Origin: Deinococcus radiodurans R1 = ATCC 13939 = DSM 20539
Lineage (GTDB): Bacteria; Deinococcota; Deinococci; Deinococcales; Deinococcaceae
Direction: 5' to 3'
Assembly (NCBI RefSeq): GCF_000008565.1
Contig: NC_001263.1
Location: 1,973,533 to 2,005,532, forward strand
DNA length: 32,000 nucleotides
The translations under genes and the position numbers were made by a program. The notes under the pieces are model-generated. The model worked only from the letters and a program-made list of their open reading frames with translations. It was not told the origin of the DNA and made no database searches. Position 1 is the first letter of the stretch. Each line of letters begins with the position of its first letter. Shown here piece by piece: positions 1 through 6,313 of the stretch.

Positions 1-107
1 TCGTCCCGAACCTCCTGCGCGTGCTCGGGGGGCAAACCCAGCGTGGCGCGGCGCAGGTAACGGTCCAGATTGGCTTGGGCGAGCGGAGAGGACAGGGCAG
101 CGTGCAT
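1..107 (-). CDS. 5' end of a second PadR-associated (DUF1700/HAAS-like) membrane protein; runs off the left edge
   Basis: Minus-strand ATG at 107 with GAGG 5 nt upstream. My translation is MHAALSSPLAQANLDRYLRRATLGLPPEHAQEVRD. It parallels the N-terminus of the 377-aa protein just upstream (LQTYLRRATAGLPASRRQEVWDELEEH). Too short to appear in the ORF track. Confidence 0.45.
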   Translation of the reverse strand, partial: MHAALSSPLAQANLDRYLRRATLGLPPEHAQEVRD

Positions 108-125
108 GGGGACCTCGGGGGAAAG

Positions 126-1259
126 TTACTGGGCGCTTCGGGGGAGGAAGATGCCGGACTTGAGGTTGTTCAACGGCACGTGGCTCACCCGCACGGCCAT
201 GGCATTGATCCGTCCGCCGGTGGGATAGGGACCGAGTTGGGCGGGGTCTGCCACGAACCGCAACTGCTCATGTGCCGTCTTGAATTGTATTTTCCCGTCC
301 TGGCCGACGGGAACGATGTCGGTGTCGTAGACCTCACCCGCCTTCTTGGTGAAGACCAGAACGACTTCGCCGGGTGGAAGGTCCGTCTGCGCCACACGAA
401 CGAGCGGGCCGGTTTCGCCACCGCTCAGGCTGTGGTTTTGCGGCTGCCCGTAGACCACGCTGCTCACCAATTCCAGCCCTAACCCCCGGTAAAAGGCCGG
501 GCCGATATTCTGATGACCCTCGCCAAACCTGAGTTTCAGGTCTCCCACCGTCAGCGTGGGCTGGGCGTAGCCGCTGAGTTGTGGGGCAGCGCCGCCCTTG
601 ACTGGCCTATTCATCAGGTCAGATGCCAAGCCTGAAGCCAGGAAATAGAGGTCGTTGCCCACGGTGAAAAAAGGCACCATACGAATACGCTCACCGCCTG
701 TCAGTGTTACCTGCCAGAGACTACCGGAAAGATGTTCGACGGTGCCCCCATGAGCAGAGACTGCTTTTTTCAGCGTGCTGAGGCTAATAAATGCGCCCTC
801 ATACGTCTTTTTGTCGTTGAAGGTATAGCAGGTCACACCGTTTTTCTCGCTCACAATGGTGATGTTGGAACCGCTCGGCTTGGTGCCGCGCACGCACGAT
901 GGTGTCACAGGCTGCGTCGTGCGAATGGGTAAGGTCAGGGGCGGGTTGCCACCGCCTGCCAAGGCGTACAGACCAGCGGTCACGGCGAGCGCGGCGATTC
1001 CACCTATAGAAATCAATTTCGGCATGTTATGCACTCCGTTCATTCCAGCACTCACGCGCAGGGGCGGGCCCAACTCGGCGAGTGCCTGGGCAAGAGCTTG
1101 TTCGGGGGCCGCGCCCCGCCACTCAAGCTGCTCGGCGCGGCAGTAGACGTGTTCTTCGAGTTCGTCCCAGACTTCCTGTCGCCTGCTCGCGGGCAGTCCG
1201 GCGGTGGCGCGGCGCAGGTACGTTTGCAGGGCGGGGGGCGGGGCGGTCACGGCGGTCAT
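126..1259 (-). CDS. PadR-linked membrane protein: DUF1700/HAAS-like N-terminal helix, one TM segment, ~270-aa extracytoplasmic domain of unknown family
   Basis: 377-aa ORF starting 6 nt after the PadR stop. The N-terminal YLRRATAGLPxxRRQEVWDELEEH motif is typical of proteins encoded after PadR regulators. A hydrophobic stretch LISIGGIAALAVTAGLYALAGG follows. The rest has ordinary amino-acid composition, unlike the R/A/G-rich overlapping ORFs. Confidence 0.7.
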   Translation of the reverse strand: MTAVTAPPPALQTYLRRATAGLPASRRQEVWDELEEHVYCRAEQLEWRGAAPEQALAQALAELGPPLRVSAGMNGVHNMPKLISIGGIAALAVTAGLYALAGGGNPPLTLPIRTTQPVTPSCVRGTKPSGSNITIVSEKNGVTCYTFNDKKTYEGAFISLSTLKKAVSAHGGTVEHLSGSLWQVTLTGGERIRMVPFFTVGNDLYFLASGLASDLMNRPVKGGAAPQLSGYAQPTLTVGDLKLRFGEGHQNIGPAFYRGLGLELVSSVVYGQPQNHSLSGGETGPLVRVAQTDLPPGEVVLVFTKKAGEVYDTDIVPVGQDGKIQFKTAHEQLRFVADPAQLGPYPTGGRINAMAVRVSHVPLNNLKSGIFLPRSAQ

Positions 1260-1264
1260 GGCCC

Positions 1265-1588
1265 TCAGCTCCCGGCGAGACGGTGCACGGCCCCGGTGAA
1301 GGTCTGAAACTCCTCGCGCTTCTGCGCCAGCCGTTGCCGGCCGAGGTCGGTAATCGCGTAGTACTTGCGCGGCTTGCCGTTGCGCCCGGCCTCGCCAAAC
1401 TGCGCGGCGAGCAGGCCGTCCACTTCCAGGCGGTGCAGCGCGGGATACAGGCTGCCTTCCTTGAACTCGAAGTACCCGTCCGTCCGGTCCTTGGCCTCCT
1501 GAATGATGGCGAAGCCGTAGAGGGGCCGCCGTTCCAGGATGCTCAGGAGAATCAGGTCGAGATTGCCGCGCAACAGGTCAGGGTTCAT
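1265..1588 (-). CDS. PadR-family transcriptional regulator
   Basis: MNPDLLRGNLDLILLSILERRPLYGFAIIQEAK...GSLYPALHRLEVDGLL is the classical PadR winged-helix signature. I start at ATG 1588 (GAGGAG 7 nt upstream) rather than the ORF-track maximum at 1645. Confidence 0.88.
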   Translation of the reverse strand: MNPDLLRGNLDLILLSILERRPLYGFAIIQEAKDRTDGYFEFKEGSLYPALHRLEVDGLLAAQFGEAGRNGKPRKYYAITDLGRQRLAQKREEFQTFTGAVHRLAGS

Positions 1589-1641
1589 GGTCACTCCTCT
1601 TCGGGCCTCGGCCACGCGGCGTCCCACGCGGTTGCGGCCCC

Positions 1642-1690
1642 ACATAGCTATGTCTGTCTACATAGTCTGCCTAAGTTATTCGAATGTCAA
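1642..1690 (-). promoter_or_regulatory. PadR operon promoter with overlapping palindromic operator
   Basis: On the minus strand a perfect TTGACA (1690-1685) is followed by a 17-bp spacer and GACTAT (1667-1662). Half-sites are ACATAG (1642-47), CTATGT (1648-53) and ACATAG (1660-65). This gives ACATAG|CTATGT and CTATGT-N6-ACATAG palindromes with the ATGT/ACAT core typical of PadR operators. Confidence 0.5.
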
Positions 1691-1716
1691 GCCTAGTCTG
1701 CCTATGGTTCTAGAGA

Positions 1717-1750
1717 TCAAAAAAGGGCCACGTCGCCGCAGCCCTCTTTT
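1717..1750 (-). terminator. intrinsic terminator after the ABC binding-protein gene
   Basis: On the minus strand GAGGGC-loop-GCCCTT is followed by TTTTTT, 12 nt after the stop codon. Confidence 0.55.
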
Positions 1751-1761
1751 ATGGCATCGAT

Positions 1762-3324
1762 TTATTTCTGCACTGTCACCAAGTTGAGCGAGCCCACCGT
1801 ACTCAGCGGCCCGGTAATCCAGCCCTTGACGTAGGTGCGGGCGGCGGCGGGGGCGGTGCTGTGGACCAGCGGCAGCCGCACGTTGGCGTTGTAGGTCAGT
1901 TCGTGAAGCTGCTTGTAGTAAGGGGCTTTCTGGGCCTGGGTCAATGCGGCGCGGCCCTTGTTCAGCGTGTTCAGGATGTTGCCGGGGTTGAAGCCGATGT
2001 CGTCGCTGCCCTTGTCGCCGTAGAAGGCACTGTAGAAGTTGTCGGGGTCGTTGTAGTCGCCACCCCAGCCGTAGAGGTACATCTGAAAGACCCCGGCGCG
2101 GCGGTCTTCGAGGTACTTGGGCCAGTCCTCGGTCTTCAGGTTGACCTTGATGCCGATGGCGCCCAGGTCGGCGGCAATCGCTTCGGCCACCGGCTTGGGG
2201 GTGGGGAGGTAGTTGCGGCTGATCGACGGATACCACAGGTCGATGCTGAAGCCGTTCGGGTAGCCGGCTTCGGTCAGCAGCCGTTTGGCGACCTGGGCAT
2301 TGACCTTGACGGGCGGCACGTTCTTGCTGTTGGCCCAGGCCATGCTCGGCGGCAACATGCTGTTGTCCACGCTGCCCAGTTCACCCCAGAAGGCGTCCAC
2401 GATGGCGGGGCGGTTGACAGCGAAACGGATGGCCTCGCGCACCTTGGCGTTTTTCAGCGCGGGGTGCCGCACGTTCATGTTCAGCAGGCCCACATTGAAG
2501 GAGGTCGGCAGCACCAGGGTCAGGCGCTTGTCGGCCTTGATTTGGGCCGTCGCTTCGGGGTTGAGGTTGCTGGTGAAGTCCACCGTTCCGGCGCGGACTT
2601 CGTTGAGGCGCTGCGCCGGGTCTTTGATGAAGCGGAAGACGAGGCGGTCCAGGGTACTCCTGGTGCCCCAGTAGTTGGGGTTGGGGCGGAAGTTGAGGCG
2701 GTCACCGGCCTTCCAACTTTCCAGGATGAACGCACCCGTGCCCACCGCACTGCCCGCTGGCGTGCCGTATCTGGTGCCCTGTTTCTTGACGGCGGTCGGG
2801 CTGGCGATACCGAAATAGTAGCTGCCGATGAGTGCCGGAAACGCGGTCACGGGCTTGTTAAGCGTGAACACCACGGTGTCGCCCGACTTGCTCACCGAAC
2901 GCAGCAAACTGCCCGCCTCGCCCTTGTTGCCGCCGAGGAGTTGCGGCCAGACATCGAAGGTCGCGCCGTAGCGGTAGGCATTCTTCTTGTCCCACCAGCG
3001 GCTTACGTTAAAAATCACGGCGTCGGCGTTGAAGGGCGTGCCGTCGTGAAACTTGACGCCCTTACGCAGCGTGAAGGTCCAGACCGTCGCCGCCGCGTTG
3101 CTTTTCCAGCTCGTCGCCAGCGCGGGAACGAGTTCCGCCGTACCGGGCTTGAAATCAATCAGACGGTCATAAATCTGCGCGTCACCCTGCAAGCTGGGGC
3201 TGTCGCCGCCGTTGCCCGCGTTGAGGTTGACCGGTTCGCCGGGAGCGCCGTAGACAAGCGTGCCCGCAGCCCCCGCCTGAGAAAGCAGCGTCAATGTGAG
3301 CAACGTCAAAAAACCTTTTTGCAT
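1762..3324 (-). CDS. ABC transporter substrate-binding protein, family 5 (peptide/nickel/opine type), with signal peptide
   Basis: 520 aa. N-terminal signal MQKGFLTLLTLTLLSQAGAAG. Typical SBP_bac_5 segments are present (WTFTLRKGVKFHDGTPFNADAV, NPNYWG). AAGGAG lies 6 nt upstream of the ATG. No permease or ATPase genes are adjacent. Confidence 0.9.
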   Translation of the reverse strand: MQKGFLTLLTLTLLSQAGAAGTLVYGAPGEPVNLNAGNGGDSPSLQGDAQIYDRLIDFKPGTAELVPALATSWKSNAAATVWTFTLRKGVKFHDGTPFNADAVIFNVSRWWDKKNAYRYGATFDVWPQLLGGNKGEAGSLLRSVSKSGDTVVFTLNKPVTAFPALIGSYYFGIASPTAVKKQGTRYGTPAGSAVGTGAFILESWKAGDRLNFRPNPNYWGTRSTLDRLVFRFIKDPAQRLNEVRAGTVDFTSNLNPEATAQIKADKRLTLVLPTSFNVGLLNMNVRHPALKNAKVREAIRFAVNRPAIVDAFWGELGSVDNSMLPPSMAWANSKNVPPVKVNAQVAKRLLTEAGYPNGFSIDLWYPSISRNYLPTPKPVAEAIAADLGAIGIKVNLKTEDWPKYLEDRRAGVFQMYLYGWGGDYNDPDNFYSAFYGDKGSDDIGFNPGNILNTLNKGRAALTQAQKAPYYKQLHELTYNANVRLPLVHSTAPAAARTYVKGWITGPLSTVGSLNLVTVQK

Positions 3325-3374
3325 CTGAAACTCCTTACGCGGGGGAGATGCCGAACAGACCCCTGCATGATGGT

Positions 3375-3389
3375 TGATAAATTTTATCA
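3375..3389. promoter_or_regulatory. perfect 7-1-7 inverted repeat TGATAAA-T-TTTATCA (Fur-family box-like)
   Basis: Read directly from the sequence. It lies in the divergent region 51 nt upstream of the SBP start and 82 nt upstream of the 3471 gene. It differs from the Bacillus-type Fur 7-1-7 consensus TGATAAT-N-ATTATCA only at the innermost position of each arm. Confidence 0.45.
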
Positions 3390-3470
3390 GCTTTGAGAAA
3401 GAGCTCTAGAGTTTTCAGCCTGTTCCCGGCGCAGTGTCACGGCTACCCAGAGGGGTGACAAGCTGAGGGC

Positions 3471-4133
3471 ATGAAGTCCTGGATGCTGCGGGCGCCCGCT
3501 GACGTTCTCTCCCCTGCTGACGAGGCGGCTTGCCGGGCGGCGTTGAGGGGGAGAACGGCGGCGCAGGTACCCGCCACACTGCCGAAATGGGTCTTTTTGC
3601 GCTGGCTGACGGAACAGGGTTTTTTGCTGCATGGGTCGCCTGTTGGCGAACTCACGGAACTGCGCCCGGCAGAGAAGGCTTACCGGCAGCCCGACGAGTT
3701 CAGCAACACCATCGGCGTTTACGCCGCATCGGACGGCATTTGGGCCATGATGTACGCCCTCCGCAATCCGCAGACCACTCAGATGAGCGATATGGGCCTG
3801 CGCCTCCAGAAAAATGGGCAGTGGGGCGAAATGTGCTATTTCATGTCTCTGGCGCCGAGGCAAGGGCAAGTCAACAGGGTGGAAGAGTTGCTCGTGAGTG
3901 GCACGGTCTACGTCCTGAGCAGGGAGGGATTTCAAAATTCATCGCCTTACCACAATCCTGGCCTCGGCGAAGTTCAGGAAAGTCATTGGGTTTGCCCCAC
4001 TCCCGTCCGGCCCCTTTTCGCCGTGCCCGTGCAGGCCGCCGATTTTCCCCTGCCCGTGCGCCTGCATGACCGGGAGACGGTGGACGCCCGCTGTCAAGCG
4101 GACCCGTGGGGCTTTCCCTGGCTGGACCCTTAG
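3471..4133 (+). CDS. hypothetical protein; candidate divergent H-Y-E type ADP-ribosyltransferase (see findings)
   Basis: 220-aa ORF with balanced composition (W, Y, F, M, N, Q present), unlike the overlapping R/P/A-rich ORFs. TGaCAAGCT extended -10-like element ends 6 nt before the ATG. Motifs LLHGSP, GVYAASDGIWAMMYA and QESHWVC are present. Confidence 0.6.
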   Translation: MKSWMLRAPADVLSPADEAACRAALRGRTAAQVPATLPKWVFLRWLTEQGFLLHGSPVGELTELRPAEKAYRQPDEFSNTIGVYAASDGIWAMMYALRNPQTTQMSDMGLRLQKNGQWGEMCYFMSLAPRQGQVNRVEELLVSGTVYVLSREGFQNSSPYHNPGLGEVQESHWVCPTPVRPLFAVPVQAADFPLPVRLHDRETVDARCQADPWGFPWLDP

Positions 4134-4151
4134 AACACTTGCCAGAAAATG

Positions 4152-4206
4152 CCCCCCTCACCCCTGCCTTTGGCAGGCCCTCTCCCACTAGGGTAGAGGG
4201 TCGAAA
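4152..4206 (-). repeat. small non-coding intergenic repeat, copy 1 (double hairpin)
   Basis: The reverse complement TTTCGACCCTCTACCCTAGTGGGAGAGGGCCTGCCAAAGGCAGGGGTGAGGGGGG aligns over 55 nt with 7569-7623. Confidence 0.8.
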
Positions 4207-4240
4207 GGCGAAACATTCCCAGGCCGCGCTACCCTGCGGC

Positions 4241-4687
4241 ATGACCGCAGAGGCGACAGCTCCCGGCCCCAGGGCGCGGGCGTATCACGAGTACCTGGCC
4301 GCAGAGGGCTACCGCCCGCAGTTCGACGGCGACGGCGACGTGGAATTCAAGGCCGAAGGGTTTTACCTGTGCTGCTTTGCCAACGAGGACGACCCGCAGT
4401 ACCTCTACCTCGCCGCGCCCAATGTCTGGGCGCTGGAAGACGCCGGGGAGCGCACGCAGGCGCTCGACATCGCCATGCACCTGCAAATGCTTTACAAGGG
4501 CCTGAAAGTAGTCGTGCTGAGCGACACGGTGTGGATGAGCTACCAGGGCTTTCTGGAAGACGAAGCCGCCTTTCGCGGCGTGTTGGGCCGGGTCATCGAC
4601 CTGCTGCTCACGGGGGTGCGCGACTTTCACCGCCGGATGCGTGAGGAAACGCTTCCTGCCGAGGAACACAGCGGAGTGCAGGCGTGA
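4241..4687 (+). CDS. YbjN-like (type III secretion chaperone-like fold) domain protein
   Basis: Start moved to ATG 4241 (TACCCT hexamer ends 5 nt upstream). The upstream part of the ORF-track frame lies inside an intergenic repeat. YLAAEGYRPQFDGDGDVEFKAEGFYLCCFANEDDPQYLYLAAPNVW resembles YbjN-family proteins from memory. The stop overlaps the next start (GTGA). Confidence 0.55.
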   Translation: MTAEATAPGPRARAYHEYLAAEGYRPQFDGDGDVEFKAEGFYLCCFANEDDPQYLYLAAPNVWALEDAGERTQALDIAMHLQMLYKGLKVVVLSDTVWMSYQGFLEDEAAFRGVLGRVIDLLLTGVRDFHRRMREETLPAEEHSGVQA

Positions 4688-5685
4688 GCGCCGCGCCCGC
4701 CCCGGCCCTCATCGCCCTGCTGTCCCTGAGCGCCGCCGACGCGTTGGGGGCCGCCACCGAATTCAAGACGCCCGAGGCGATTCGCGCCCGCTACGGCGAG
4801 AGCATTTCGACCTATCAGCCCGGCAGCGTCTTCGGGTTCGCGCCCGGCGAGGCCACCGACGACAGCCAGATGGTGGCGGCGACCCTGCTCGGCTACCGAA
4901 AGGGCGACGGGCTACCGGGCGTTCTCGCGGGCCTGCGCGACTGGCTGTCCACCGCGCCGCCCGACGTGGGGGGGCTGACCCGCGCCGCGCTGCGCCTGGG
5001 CACCCTCGACGGCGGCGTGCGCGCCTGGGAACACAGCCGCTTCCAGAGCGCGGGCAACGGCGGCCTGATGAGAATCGCGGCGGTGTGGCTGCGCGGCTTT
5101 CAGGGCGAGGAATTGAACCGCGAAAGCGCCCTCGTGACCGCGCTGACCCACGCCGACCCGCGCTGCGTGTTCGCGTCGGTGTTTTTTACGGCGCTGCTGG
5201 GGCGGCTGGCGGCGGGTCAACCCTTCCAGGCCGCCGCTGAGGAGAGTCTGCAAGTGATGGACGCCTCCGACGCCCGCTCCGTGCTGCTTGATGCTGGATT
5301 GTTCGGCGTGGACACCCGCGCGGCTTTTGGCGCCTTCAAGGCCACCGAGCGTCAGGCCCGCGCCGACGTGCGCCGGGCAGCCCGCGCGGGCCTGAGCGGG
5401 CAGGTGAGGTCGCAGAGCGGCTACGTGCTGGACACCTTGCAGGCGGCGCTGGCACACGCACAGGCGGGCACCTGGCTGGGGTGCGTGGAGCCCGCTGTGC
5501 TGCTCGGCGACGATTCCGACACGGTGGCCTGCGTGGTCGGCGCGCTTTGCGGGGCACGGGGGCTGACCTCCCCCGAACTGGAGGTGCCGGAGCATCTGCT
5601 GCCGGAGCTGCGGCTGGGCCACTCCTGGCCGGGGTGGCAGCGGGATTGGGCCTGCACCGAGCATTTCCCCGAACTGCTGGCATGA
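4684..5685 (+). CDS. ADP-ribosylglycohydrolase family protein (DraG/ARH-like)
   Basis: 333 aa with the family hallmark motifs: SAADALGAATEF near the N-terminus, GEATDDSQM, and C-terminal GDDSDTVACVVGALCGA. GTG start overlaps the upstream stop and its own stop overlaps the next ATG. Confidence 0.85.
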   Translation: MSAAPAPALIALLSLSAADALGAATEFKTPEAIRARYGESISTYQPGSVFGFAPGEATDDSQMVAATLLGYRKGDGLPGVLAGLRDWLSTAPPDVGGLTRAALRLGTLDGGVRAWEHSRFQSAGNGGLMRIAAVWLRGFQGEELNRESALVTALTHADPRCVFASVFFTALLGRLAAGQPFQAAAEESLQVMDASDARSVLLDAGLFGVDTRAAFGAFKATERQARADVRRAARAGLSGQVRSQSGYVLDTLQAALAHAQAGTWLGCVEPAVLLGDDSDTVACVVGALCGARGLTSPELEVPEHLLPELRLGHSWPGWQRDWACTEHFPELLA

Positions 5686-6239
5686 CCGAAGAGGAGTTTC
5701 TGGCGCTGGTGCGGCACAACCCGGTCAACGCGGCCCTGCTGGACCGGCTGCCGCAACTCGCTGCCTTTGCGCCGGGAGCCCTGCTGGTGGCAGGCTCACT
5801 GTTCGGCACCGTCTGGAACGTGCAAAGTAGCAACGACCCGGCGGCGCACATCAAGGACTACGACCTCTTCTACTGGGACGCCGACCTCAGCTACGAGGCC
5901 GAGGACGCCGTGATTCGGCGGGCGGCGCTGCTTTTCGCCGACCTCAGTGCCCCCATCGAGCTTCGCAACCAGGCCCGCGTGCACCTGTGGTTCAATCCCA
6001 AGCACGGCCTGAACCGCCCGCCCATCCGGAGCGTGCAGGAAGGCATAGACCAGTTTCTCATCGAGTGCACCTGCCTGGGCATCGACGCGCAGGGGAATGT
6101 TTACGCGCCCTACGGCCTGGACGACATGGCGGCGGGCCTGCTGAAACGCAACGCCCTGAACCACTCGCCGGGGCTGTACGCCGCCAAAGCGGAGAGCTAC
6201 CGCGCCCGCTGGCCCTGGCTGCGAGATGTGCCTGTGTGA
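5682..6239 (+). CDS. nucleotidyltransferase family protein (Pol-beta-fold NTase, NTP_transf_6/DUF925-like)
   Basis: Start at ATG 5682 (ATGA overlap with the ARH stop). AGSLFGTVWN...IKDYDLFYWD fits the hG[GS]-x(9-13)-DhD NTase signature. The longer ORF-track N-terminus is R/A/G-rich and overlaps the ARH gene. Confidence 0.7.
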   Translation: MTEEEFLALVRHNPVNAALLDRLPQLAAFAPGALLVAGSLFGTVWNVQSSNDPAAHIKDYDLFYWDADLSYEAEDAVIRRAALLFADLSAPIELRNQARVHLWFNPKHGLNRPPIRSVQEGIDQFLIECTCLGIDAQGNVYAPYGLDDMAAGLLKRNALNHSPGLYAAKAESYRARWPWLRDVPV

Positions 6240-6301
6240 TGCAGCGGCGTGATACCGGGCAAGTGTCGCCCGGTGAACAGCGAAATGGAGGACGGCCCCG
6301 T

Positions 6302-6307
6302 TAAACT
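6302..6307 (+). promoter_or_regulatory. -10 hexamer TAAACT, 6 nt before the thiolase ATG (leaderless-type)
   Basis: TAnnnT hexamer. No Shine-Dalgarno lies between it and the ATG. Confidence 0.4.
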
Positions 6308-6313
6308 CTAGGT

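Noticed and set aside
1861-3396. 511-aa plus-strand ORF
   Set aside because: It is antisense to the substrate-binding protein gene, which has a signal peptide, a Shine-Dalgarno site and family-5 motifs.
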